The notes under the pieces were generated by a model. That model had not been told where the DNA came from and did no database searches. It was given only the letters and a program-made list of their open reading frames with translations. A stretch of 32,000 bases of DNA from Okeania sp. (GTDB lineage: Bacteria; Cyanobacteriota; Cyanobacteriia; Cyanobacteriales; Microcoleaceae). The translations under genes were made by a program, and so were the position numbers. The DNA lies in assembly GCF_035285525.1 (NCBI RefSeq), contig NZ_JAYKGW010000168.1:30001-62000 (forward strand), given 5' to 3'. Positions 1-8,732 of the stretch are shown here, piece after piece. The first letter of the stretch is position 1, and the number at the start of each line of letters is the position of its first letter.

Positions 1-449
1 GGGGTTTGGATATTTTAAATAGGATCAAAGAGGTTTATCCTTCTCAGATTCAAATCCATTTTGCAGACTATGACGAAATTTCTACTGTGGATGGGAAGTT
101 GATTAGTTTTGCTCTGGAAATTAATGGTACTCTGCTAACTAATGATTATAATTTGTCTAAGGTTGCTAGTTTACAAAAGGTTCCTGTGTTAAATATTAAT
201 GATTTGACTCAGGCAATGCGTCCGACTTATTTACCTGGTGATACGATTGAAATTAAAATCCGTAAGGAAGGTAAGGAACCTTCTCAAGGTATTGGTTATT
301 TAGATGATGGTACGATGGTTGTGGTAGAGTCGGGTAGCGAATATGTTGGTGATGAGGTACGAGTGATTGTGACAAGTTCTTTGCAAACTTCTGCTGGGAG
401 AATGATTTTTGCTCGTACTCAAGAGTCATTGATAATGAATAATGAATAA
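1..449 (+). CDS. PIN/TRAM-domain protein (YacL-like), C-terminal part; the 5' end lies upstream of the window
   Basis: The frame is open from base 3, and the 'M' at 6 is only a TTG. The translation (...VPVLNINDL...LPGDTIEIKIRKEGKEPSQGIGYLDDGTMVVVE...VRVIVTSSLQTSAGRMIFA) matches the TRAM barrel that follows the PIN domain in YacL-type proteins. TAA stop at 447-449. Confidence 0.8.
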   Translation, partial: GLDILNRIKEVYPSQIQIHFADYDEISTVDGKLISFALEINGTLLTNDYNLSKVASLQKVPVLNINDLTQAMRPTYLPGDTIEIKIRKEGKEPSQGIGYLDDGTMVVVESGSEYVGDEVRVIVTSSLQTSAGRMIFARTQESLIMNNE

Positions 450-468
450 TTATTAATTATTAATTCTC
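434..468. repeat. Heptamer tandem array (AATGAAT)2(AATTATT)2 AATTCTC, STRR-like
   Basis: Five consecutive 7-nt units read directly. They encode the last codons (..IMNNE) and the TAA stop of the PIN/TRAM gene. Confidence 0.85.
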
Positions 469-482
469 TAAAACCTTAATCT

Positions 483-872
483 GGGGGGCGTTTAACTAAT
501 TTATCGGTGAAAACTCCTTAACTTAACGGATAAATGTGGGGGTAGGGGGCGGGTTTAACTAATTTATTGGTGACTTCTTCACTTCACTGAGAAACCCGCC
601 CCTACTAAAAATCATTGATCAAAATGTAGGGGCGGGTTTGAGCAGAGATTTCCCGGTTCCATCTCACATTTATGTAAACCCGCCCTCTTTTCTTTTCTAC
701 AATAGGGGGTAGGGGGCGGGTTTAACTAATTTATTGGTGACTTCTTCACTTCACTGAGAAACCCGCCCTCTTTTCTACAATATTAAAATAATGTGGGGGT
801 AGGGGGCGGGTTTAGCTAATTTGTCGGTGACTTCTTAACTTCACTGAGAAACCCGCCCCTACTAAAAATCAT
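483..872. repeat. Array of about five related GC-stem hairpin units (GTAGGGGGCGGGTTT ... AAACCCGCCCCTAC)
   Basis: Hairpins at 542-605, 629-685, 712-768 and 799-862, plus a degenerate copy at 483-535. Units 1, 3 and 4 are near-identical including the roughly 35-40-nt loop; unit 2 has a different loop. The array fills the gap between two convergent genes. Confidence 0.85.
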
Positions 873-890
873 TCATACTCCCTAAAAAAC

Positions 891-3800
891 CTAAAATCTG
901 GTCTCATACTCAACTGACAACACAGAATTATCCTGGAAATTACTACCTCCACGGAAACGTACTTTATCGCTAATTTGATAATTTACAGATAACTCTGTTG
1001 TACCATTAAGTGTGGTTGCGGATGCTCCCACTTTATCTGTCACGTCAATACCAACCTCTAAACCCCAACCTAAACTAGAAGCTTCTTGGGAACCACTTTT
1101 AGGAATAGTTGCAGGAAATACCCGAAACTCACTTAGTCCTGTAGCTTGAACAATATCTTGTTGGATGGTACTAAATAATGCGGTACTGGCTACATTTGCT
1201 AATGCTAAATTTCTGTCTTCACTAAAAGTATTAATAATATTGCCTCCTAATAAACTGACTATTTGCCCTTTTGTTCGTTCTGGGGAACTGGTTAACTGTA
1301 GATTATCTTCTAGTTCTGATAGCAGTCCTCTTGCTTTAGCCATAATATTAATTTTCTGATTGCTATTTAAAGTTCCTGGTGCTGGAGTATCTGCTGTTTC
1401 AGCGTCAAATGCTGTAGTCGATCTGGTTCTTAATGAACCACTGCTTTCAAAAGCTGATGCTAGTAACTGTAGATCTAACATCGGGTTGAGTCCATTGCTA
1501 GGGATAAATGTGGCTTTATTTTTGTAGCTGGGATCTAACCGCAAACTGGTACTAAATAAATTAACGATACCACCTTGTAAGTCTATGGTACCACTAGGGC
1601 GAATATCAGTGACAGTGCCATTTACTGTTAAACCACCTGCCACTTGAAAATTTGCTAATCCTGGACTAATCATTTTGAGGCCGTCTTTCAATATCAACTG
1701 AAAATTATTCAGACCGATCTCAAATGCTCCAGCAGCATCATTTGCTTGATTTCCTGTCGCTCCTGCTAAACCTGCGGCTTCATTTAAAAATATTTTACCA
1801 CGGGATACTTCTATGTCACCACCAATTTCGGGTTGCAAAGCTGCACCTGTAATTAATACTTTGCCATCAATACCTCCTTGGAAAGCTTTTTGGTAGTTTA
1901 TGTTAAGTTGGTCTAGACTAATAGTTAGGGGGTTATTAATATCTACGTCTTGACCGCCTAAAGGTTGCAGCAATGGTAAAACTCCCGTAACTCCAACTGT
2001 ACCTTGACTAATATTTCCTTGAATTTTTTCGACTTTGATGCGATCGCCAATAAATGAGACTGCACCTTTTAAGTCTGTTACAGGTTCGGGAAATGCTGCT
2101 GCGGTTATGCTAACGTCTGTAAATTTTGTAAGTCCGACTATGCTTGGTTTTTGTAAGGTTCCGGCTACCTGCAACCTGGCTTCTCCTTTACCAGAGTTTA
2201 GTGTCAACTGGTCAGTCAAAATATTGATTATTTGAAAGGCATCATCTTTTACTTGTAACTCGATGTCAAGGAGATTACTATCTGCATAAACTCTGGCAAA
2301 GGGTAAGTCGATGGGTACATTACCTCGATATGTAATGGGGTCGCCAATGATAGAAATGCCTCCATTAAATTGCAGTCTTCCACTATCGAATCTAAAGTCT
2401 GTTTTTGCTCTCTCGATAGGTTGTTCGTTGAGAGTTCCATTTTCTATCCGAATTTGACCGACAGTTTTGGGATCGGCAAAGTTTCCACCTAATTTTGTTT
2501 CTAAATCTAATATTCCGGTAACGTTGATATCTGGTGGTATGTAGCTCTGGGCAAATTTTTGGATTTCTGCTAAGTCTACGTTGTCTAGTTTTAATTCTCC
2601 ATTTTGTTGTTCTGCACTCAAGTCTCCATTGAAAGCTAAGGATGCTTTTCCCACTTTGACTTCTAGGGGTTTAACGGTTAGTGTATCTTTTTCGTATTTG
2701 CCTTCTAGGAGAAATTTATCTACTTGATACGCTCCCCAACTCCAACCATTTCCTTTGATATCAAATTGCCCATCAATACCAGACTGCAAGGAACCTACCG
2801 CTCTTATTTCTCCAGAAAAACCAACATCTAGCTCGGCAAGGGGTGGTATTGATACAGCGGTGGTTGTTTGTTGACTTGCTTGCTGTTGGAGCAGTGCTTG
2901 AATTTCGGCAAATCGACGCAACTGCCTGATTATAGAGGTATTTTCTGGCAAACCGACTGGTGATGTTTGTATGTCTGCTGCTTTGGCATAGTTTGCAGGT
3001 GCTATTCGTCCAATGTCTGCTAAGTCGAACCATTGGAGGGCGGTCAAAATATCTTGAATTTCTGCTTTTTCGATTTTGAGACTAGCTCCAAACCTGGGAT
3101 CAAAATTATCATCTGGTGAGTTGATGTCAAGCATTGCTTCTAAAAGGTATCGACTGTTTCCTAGTAGAAAGATACCGTTATTGAGGCTTGCTTTTTTCTG
3201 ACTATAATTTATGTCTGCTGTGAAACTTTTGGCATCTATGTAACCAATAGCTGGTTTTAATACTTGTAAGTTGCCATCTGCTTTAATGGCGTTGATATCA
3301 AATGTTCTCAAATTAGATAGAGCTATTTTTGCTGATGCTTCTCCAGCAACTGCACCGATACCAAATTCTGGTGGCGGTGTTATTCCTAATGATTGGATGG
3401 GGAATTTATCTAATGTTACTAAAAAGTTTTCTCCTTTGGTAGTTCCTGTTAGTTTGAGTTGGTCAAGTTTGACTAATAAATTGGTGGGAAAATAGGTTTT
3501 ATCTAATACTAATTCTAAACGGTCATTATTACCAGCAATTTTCAGGTTTACTCCTTGATTAAGTCCGGCATTTATTTTTCCTAATAACCGGGAATCAAAA
3601 TCTATTAAGTCTGTATCTATTAAGTCTTTGGCATTTACTACTAAGTTTCTCAAATCTAGATCGCCAACTAAGTTTAAATCTTCGATAGATTTACCAATAA
3701 CTTTACCTTGAAAGTTGAATAAACCTTTTAATAATTCGTTTTTATTTTCCAGGGGTAAATCTTTGGTAAATTTTTCGATTGGCAGAGATGCTAAATCAAA

Positions 3801-6800
3801 GTCTGATAAATTAATGTTAATATTAATTCCAGAAATTTCTGGTGGTTTTTGGGCTGGAAAATCTGCACGAACTTTGCCATTAAGATTAACATTGGGAGGA
3901 ATAGCAACTTTTTCTATTTCTATTTGTTTGCCACTCCAACCAAAGAAAGAACTAAGAGATTTTTGAATAACTGGTAATTCAGAAAGTGTTAATCCGCCCC
4001 TAGCTTTTATTCCTTCTGGGGTTAAATTTTGTAGATTTCCTGATAAATTAATTCTACTATTAAATAATCCGCCAATTATTGGTAAGTTTGTGGCTTGACC
4101 TAATAATTGTTGTGCTTGTCTAATAGCAACAACTGCCGATTTTGCCTCCTCTTGTTTTTCTATAGCTGTCGAGAATTGTTCTAAAGGAATTTTGTCTCCC
4201 ACGACGGCAGCTTGCCAGTTTTGACCGACTAATTCTCCATTAATATTTACAGCTCCTCCTTTATCTAAAAGTAGTTTTCCTGCTGCTTCAACTGCGATAG
4301 CTTCTGGGTTTAAATTATCTAAATTTCCAGCTACTTTAGCATTACCAATAATATTCCCTTTAATTGTTTCTAAAGAGGTTAAAATTTCTGGAGGAACTAT
4401 TCCTGTTTCTTTGGCTATTTTTTTAGCAAAACTGAGAGGAATAGGGTCGGCGATCGCTATTGCTTGAAAGTTGCCTTGGTCTAATTTTCCTTTAGCATTT
4501 ATTTTATTATTTCCAATTGTTAATATGCCATTTCCATCGGCTGCTATTGCTTGAGGATTCAAATTATTAATATTAGCAAATAGGCTTAATTTACCAATTA
4601 ATTCTCCTTCTATTCCTGGGGGTAAACTGACATTAGCCGGAATATCAACTAAACCAGTTTTTCTAATAGTTGCTTCCAGAAGGCGTAAATTAATTGTGGC
4701 TGTTTGAATATTTGCTAAAAAGTTACCTTGATTAAATTTACCCTGAATATTAATAGGATTTTCATCAATAAGTAACTTGCTGGTGGCTGTGGCATTTATT
4801 CCTTCTGGCGATAAATCTCTTAAATTTCCAGATAAATTAGCATTAAGATTTACTTGACTATTTAAAGATTTAACTACTGGAATTTGAGTTTTTAAAGTTT
4901 CGATTTGTGTCTGGTCAACTGACATTAATCCAGATGCTAAAACCGATTCTCCTAAATCTACCAATTGATTCACTGATAAATTACTGCTCTTAACTAAAGC
5001 TTCAAAATTGCCTCGATCTAATTTTCCTTTAGCATTAATTGTTCCTCCAGCAATAGTAACTTTCCCATCCCCATCAACATTAATTCCTTCAGGACTTAAG
5101 TTTTTAATATTTCCCGAAACTATGGCTCCTCCGGCAATTTTTCCCTTAGTATTTTCGGATAAAATATTGTTTTTAAGGGCAACTATGCCTGTATCTATTA
5201 ATAATTTTTCCACAGCAGTTAAAGAAATTTCATTAGTTTTAACTACCGTCTTAAAATTTCCACCTTTCAAACTACCAGCAGCATCAATTATACCCGGTTC
5301 AACTATCAAATTTCCAGTTAAATTTGCCGTAATATTTTCCTGTAAAAATTCCGGGTCAAGATTAGTCAAATTTCCTGATAATTTGACATTCCCATTTAAC
5401 AAACCGTTCAGAGACTTTAACTTCGGTATATTTGTTTTAATTAGATTTAATTGTTCCTGGTCAGTAATAATTCCCGAATTTGCTGCCGATAAGCCTAAAT
5501 CCAACAAAGAATTAACAGGTAAATCTTGAGTATTAACTAATCCTTTCAATCCACCATTTCTAACTTGACCCCTAGCATTAATCACCCCTTTTTCTAAACT
5601 AAGATTTCCAGCAAAATCAGCCTTTATTCCTGGCAAACTTAAATTATTAATATTTCCAGCAGCAATTCCTTCACCATTAATTTTTCCATCAGTTTTATTA
5701 GATAAAATTCGATTAGGAGTCACCTTAATATCTAAATTTCTAGCAACTCTTTCTAAACCTCTTAAACTTAATTGAACAGCCTTACCTTTACCTTGCCAAA
5801 TACCATTATTCACCTCACCATTCACATTAACTTGACCGCCAGCAATATTAACTATCCCTTTACCATTTCCCTTAATACTATTAATTGAAAAATCCGTTGT
5901 TAAACCAGAAAAATCACCTTCACCATTAACAATACCCTCCAATCCTGATGGTACACCAAACTGTTGTAAAGCCGATAAATTATCTAAACCAATTTGATTA
6001 GCAGTCGCCTTAAATCGCCAGTTTTCCAAATTAACATTACCATCAACATTTACCCTTCCTTTATTACCAACTTTAACAACAGTATTCTTAATAAACACCT
6101 GATTATTCAGAATATCAACTTCACCACTCAAAGGATAAACCGCTTGCGGTAATTGCCATTTAACTTGACCTTGAATAGCTTCTAAAGAACCAGAAACTTT
6201 AACATCCGTAGACAAATCACCTACTGGAAGAGGAGAAACAAAAGCAAATTGTTGAGCGATCGCTTCCACAGGTAAACTTTCCACCTGCAAATCTAAGTCA
6301 AGAATCAGGGAACAGGGAACACTTAACTGGGAACAGGGTGAGGGAGATGTAGGAGATGTCGGATTTGAGGGGGGTGTGGGGAGTGTGGGAGGTGTGGGAA
6401 GTTGGGAATACTTGGTATCAACAGGTTCAGAATTTGCATAATATAAAGGCACGGAAGTTGCATACAATACCCTTTCTCCTGAGTTCTCCTCCTGGGAGGG
6501 GTTAGGGGTGGGTTGACTTCTAACTTCTAAATTCTGACTTCTTCTTCCTGGGTTCCCCTCCTGGGAGGGGTTAGGGGTGGGTTGACTCCCGACTAAATCC
6601 TCGATTCTTCCCTTTCCAGTTATCTTCCCTCCTGCTAACGGACTAATTTCTAAATCAGAAAAACCTGCACTAACTTTAACAGGTTGAAAATCTTGGTTGA
6701 ACTCCGGATTAACAGTAAACTTTGTAGCAATACTCTTAAACAATAATCTCTCAACTCTCGTAACTTCTGTAGTCTCAATTTTTCCTGATACGACTGGTTT

Positions 6801-8027
6801 CAATAAATTTCCCGAAACCTTCACGTCCGTTTTCAATGCTCCGTCTAATAAAGGTCTGAGATCGGCAATTTGACCTTGAATTTCCTGTAACTCTTTCTTA
6901 GTTTCCGTTGACGTTATCTGACTCGACAACAAATTAATCTCTCTCGTCGCAGTATTAAACAGAGTGTCAAAAGAAATTGCTGCCAGTTCCGCTTTTAAAT
7001 CGAGTCCGATACTTTGTAAATCTAAATTCCTCGATATTTCCGCAGCACCTCCCACCTTTAACCCAATATCCCCATAGTTAGCATTGAAACTTTTCACATT
7101 AACTTTCGGCCAAGCAATATCAGCAACCGTATTCAAATTAACTGGGTTACTCAGAAGTTCCGTATTCACCTGAAACTTTTGTAAACTAACCTTCCCCCTC
7201 ACATTCTCCACAATAACAGCATTGCCAGCTATCTTAACTTGAGAATCCAGATTAGTATCTAACTCCCCACTCACCAAATTCACATTAGGAACATTTTCCA
7301 CCGCCGATGCTAAATTAGCAAATATTGGCAACTGCAACTTTTGGCCGACAACTTTTGTTTTAATTTCCATAGTTTTCAGATTAGCATCAGCGTCAACCTG
7401 AAAACTGCCAGCATCCACAATTTTGCCATCAAGATTTACAAACCAACGTTGTTGTTGATCTTGAGACCGAGCCTCAATTTTATTTAAACCTATCAGAATC
7501 GGATTAGCAGATTTTGCCTTTGCGGAAGGATTAATAGTAACATCTACCTTCGAGAAATTGAGCTTTTGAATATCAACAGTTATAGGTGGAGGTGGCAAGT
7601 CTGCCAACTTGGGGACGACAACTAAACCATCAGCTTCTTGCTGAATAGTAGCCTGAGATTCCCCAAAAGTAATATTCAGGATTAAAGTTCTGAATAAAAG
7701 AGGTCCTAGAGGAAATGTAACTTTGACTGCTTCCGTCGAGGCGCTGATAGAATCACTAGAGTCAGGAGGTAGGGAAGAGGGGCCAAATTCTATGTAACCA
7801 AGGCCAAACTTTTTCAGTTCTCCCACTTTTACTGGTCTTTGTAGCAAATTGGTGAGACTTTCACTAACCATTGGCGCTAATTCGTTTTGGACAAACCAAG
7901 TTCCGGCTATTCCTCCGGCGACTGCGATAGTACCTAATCCGAGACCACCAATAATGATGATGCCTATCCATTTTTTAGGAGTGGAAGAGTGGGTTGGATC
8001 GTTGGGATTTGTTGGAGTATTTGTCAT
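891..8027 (-). CDS. tamB: TamB/DUF490-type translocation and assembly module protein (cyanobacterial TIC236-like), 2378 aa
   Basis: ATG at 8025-8027. N-terminal signal-anchor helix (WIGIIIIGGLGLGTIAVAGGIAG), then very long beta-rich repetitive sequence. The C-terminal region is DUF490-like and ends with an aromatic residue (...LSVEYETRF). Recognised by architecture and by memory of the family, not by a search. Confidence 0.8.
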   Translation of the reverse strand: MTNTPTNPNDPTHSSTPKKWIGIIIIGGLGLGTIAVAGGIAGTWFVQNELAPMVSESLTNLLQRPVKVGELKKFGLGYIEFGPSSLPPDSSDSISASTEAVKVTFPLGPLLFRTLILNITFGESQATIQQEADGLVVVPKLADLPPPPITVDIQKLNFSKVDVTINPSAKAKSANPILIGLNKIEARSQDQQQRWFVNLDGKIVDAGSFQVDADANLKTMEIKTKVVGQKLQLPIFANLASAVENVPNVNLVSGELDTNLDSQVKIAGNAVIVENVRGKVSLQKFQVNTELLSNPVNLNTVADIAWPKVNVKSFNANYGDIGLKVGGAAEISRNLDLQSIGLDLKAELAAISFDTLFNTATREINLLSSQITSTETKKELQEIQGQIADLRPLLDGALKTDVKVSGNLLKPVVSGKIETTEVTRVERLLFKSIATKFTVNPEFNQDFQPVKVSAGFSDLEISPLAGGKITGKGRIEDLVGSQPTPNPSQEGNPGRRSQNLEVRSQPTPNPSQEENSGERVLYATSVPLYYANSEPVDTKYSQLPTPPTLPTPPSNPTSPTSPSPCSQLSVPCSLILDLDLQVESLPVEAIAQQFAFVSPLPVGDLSTDVKVSGSLEAIQGQVKWQLPQAVYPLSGEVDILNNQVFIKNTVVKVGNKGRVNVDGNVNLENWRFKATANQIGLDNLSALQQFGVPSGLEGIVNGEGDFSGLTTDFSINSIKGNGKGIVNIAGGQVNVNGEVNNGIWQGKGKAVQLSLRGLERVARNLDIKVTPNRILSNKTDGKINGEGIAAGNINNLSLPGIKADFAGNLSLEKGVINARGQVRNGGLKGLVNTQDLPVNSLLDLGLSAANSGIITDQEQLNLIKTNIPKLKSLNGLLNGNVKLSGNLTNLDPEFLQENITANLTGNLIVEPGIIDAAGSLKGGNFKTVVKTNEISLTAVEKLLIDTGIVALKNNILSENTKGKIAGGAIVSGNIKNLSPEGINVDGDGKVTIAGGTINAKGKLDRGNFEALVKSSNLSVNQLVDLGESVLASGLMSVDQTQIETLKTQIPVVKSLNSQVNLNANLSGNLRDLSPEGINATATSKLLIDENPINIQGKFNQGNFLANIQTATINLRLLEATIRKTGLVDIPANVSLPPGIEGELIGKLSLFANINNLNPQAIAADGNGILTIGNNKINAKGKLDQGNFQAIAIADPIPLSFAKKIAKETGIVPPEILTSLETIKGNIIGNAKVAGNLDNLNPEAIAVEAAGKLLLDKGGAVNINGELVGQNWQAAVVGDKIPLEQFSTAIEKQEEAKSAVVAIRQAQQLLGQATNLPIIGGLFNSRINLSGNLQNLTPEGIKARGGLTLSELPVIQKSLSSFFGWSGKQIEIEKVAIPPNVNLNGKVRADFPAQKPPEISGINININLSDFDLASLPIEKFTKDLPLENKNELLKGLFNFQGKVIGKSIEDLNLVGDLDLRNLVVNAKDLIDTDLIDFDSRLLGKINAGLNQGVNLKIAGNNDRLELVLDKTYFPTNLLVKLDQLKLTGTTKGENFLVTLDKFPIQSLGITPPPEFGIGAVAGEASAKIALSNLRTFDINAIKADGNLQVLKPAIGYIDAKSFTADINYSQKKASLNNGIFLLGNSRYLLEAMLDINSPDDNFDPRFGASLKIEKAEIQDILTALQWFDLADIGRIAPANYAKAADIQTSPVGLPENTSIIRQLRRFAEIQALLQQQASQQTTTAVSIPPLAELDVGFSGEIRAVGSLQSGIDGQFDIKGNGWSWGAYQVDKFLLEGKYEKDTLTVKPLEVKVGKASLAFNGDLSAEQQNGELKLDNVDLAEIQKFAQSYIPPDINVTGILDLETKLGGNFADPKTVGQIRIENGTLNEQPIERAKTDFRFDSGRLQFNGGISIIGDPITYRGNVPIDLPFARVYADSNLLDIELQVKDDAFQIINILTDQLTLNSGKGEARLQVAGTLQKPSIVGLTKFTDVSITAAAFPEPVTDLKGAVSFIGDRIKVEKIQGNISQGTVGVTGVLPLLQPLGGQDVDINNPLTISLDQLNINYQKAFQGGIDGKVLITGAALQPEIGGDIEVSRGKIFLNEAAGLAGATGNQANDAAGAFEIGLNNFQLILKDGLKMISPGLANFQVAGGLTVNGTVTDIRPSGTIDLQGGIVNLFSTSLRLDPSYKNKATFIPSNGLNPMLDLQLLASAFESSGSLRTRSTTAFDAETADTPAPGTLNSNQKINIMAKARGLLSELEDNLQLTSSPERTKGQIVSLLGGNIINTFSEDRNLALANVASTALFSTIQQDIVQATGLSEFRVFPATIPKSGSQEASSLGWGLEVGIDVTDKVGASATTLNGTTELSVNYQISDKVRFRGGSNFQDNSVLSVEYETRF
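3990..5700 (-). repeat. About seven tandem 85-95-aa protein modules inside tamB
   Basis: A recurring signature (L/V)SGN(L/I)xNLxPEGI ... INA(K/R)GK(L/F)xxGNF sits at roughly 250-290-nt spacing, near 5650, 5365, 5105, 4820, 4570, 4320 and 4030. Confidence 0.7.
6488..6587. repeat. Two direct copies of the dispersed element CCTCCTGGGAGGGGTTAGGGGTGGGTTGACT inside the tamB ORF
   Basis: Copies at 6488-6518 and 6557-6587, offset by 69 nt (23 codons). Each is translated as SQPTPNPSQE(G/E)N. The same element occurs in intergenic DNA at 22988-23016 and 19104-19136. Confidence 0.85.
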
Positions 8028-8045
8028 TACAGTTACCAGCCTTTT

Positions 8046-8066
8046 CAGTTATCAGTTATCAGTTAG
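8046..8066. repeat. Heptamer array CAGTTAT CAGTTAT CAGTTAG
   Basis: Read directly, 19 nt upstream of the tamB start codon. Related arrays occur at 21077-21097 and, inverted and degenerate, at 8443-8480. Confidence 0.8.
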
Positions 8067-8074
8067 TTTCCTAT

Positions 8075-8146
8075 CGGAGGAACCGCGCAATTCAGTTAGC
8101 CTCCTACGGAGGAGCTTCGCTTTTTATGTCGCGCAGCGAAACAGCT
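8075..8146. repeat. Dispersed repeat with core AGCTTCGCTTTTTATGTCGCGCAGCGAAA
   Basis: Related, partly inverted copies at 15030-15140, 21425-21510, 29632-29720 and 10212-10290. Similarity judged by eye. Confidence 0.55.
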
Positions 8147-8346
8147 TTTTCAGTTCTTAGTATATGTAATGGTACAATTATTTATTGGGAATTTGAAATA
8201 AAGTGTACCTTACAGCGATTTTTAGATTAAGGAAGGAAGAGGTGGCAGGCGGCTCCAGAAACCCGGTTTCTTTGCGTCAGTCACGAGCAAGATGCACGGT
8301 TCTCGAAAAATCGCACTAATATTTTTATCCAAAAGAATGAATAGGC

Positions 8347-8375
8347 TTGACTTTTGCAGTTTATTATGATAATAC
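8347..8375 (+). promoter_or_regulatory. Candidate orphan sigma70-type promoter (TTGACT, 17-nt spacer ending in TGn, then TAATAC)
   Basis: TTGACT at 8347-8352, TG at 8367-8368, TAATAC at 8370-8375. No plus-strand ORF lies downstream, so a transcript would run antisense toward deoC. Such matches are common by chance in AT-rich DNA. Confidence 0.2.
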
Positions 8376-8683
8376 ATAAGTCTAGTAGAGAATGGTACTA
8401 ATATTTAACTATTAACATCTGTAGTTCTGTTAATTAAAAAACTGATAACTAACAACTGAAAAAGCTGATAACTGATAAAGTGAAATGAGATTCAAGTTTT
8501 CTATTGTGAAACTAACTATTAGATTATAAATGGGAGGAACTATCAAACAACAAAAATCCCTTTGCTATAATAGCAATTACACACCTGAAAACTAAAAGTC
8601 CGGTAGGGTGTGGAGCGCGAAGCGTAAGGCACCGTTTTTCATGGAAGTCTATTTCACAAATCAATTCTATAGATGGTTGTGGT

Positions 8684-8707
8684 GCGTTAGGCGCTAGCGC
8701 CTAACGC
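8684..8707. repeat. Perfect 24-nt palindrome GCGTTAGGCGCTAGCGCCTAACGC
   Basis: Exactly self-complementary, 26 nt downstream of the deoC stop. It has no U-tract, so it is more likely part of a dispersed repeat (8600-8710) than a canonical terminator. Confidence 0.85.
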
Positions 8708-8732
8708 TACTGAATCTGAAATGACTTCTGAC

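Noticed and set aside
483-872. Regularly spaced GC-rich repeats that could look like a CRISPR array
   Set aside because: The sequences between the stems are themselves conserved between units, so there are no unique spacers. Each repeat is one arm of a long hairpin, unit lengths vary, and no cas genes are present.
1165-5529. Plus-strand ORFs (64-173 aa) and short minus-strand ORFs listed inside the tamB span
   Set aside because: They are shadow ORFs in other frames of a 7.1-kb gene with strong, continuous coding signal. Their low-complexity translations mirror the tamB repeat modules.
7849-8230. Plus-strand ORFs of 103 and 78 aa over the tamB start region
   Set aside because: They overlap the tamB N-terminus in antisense and then run through heptamer and dispersed repeats. 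They have no start context and no recognisable protein features.
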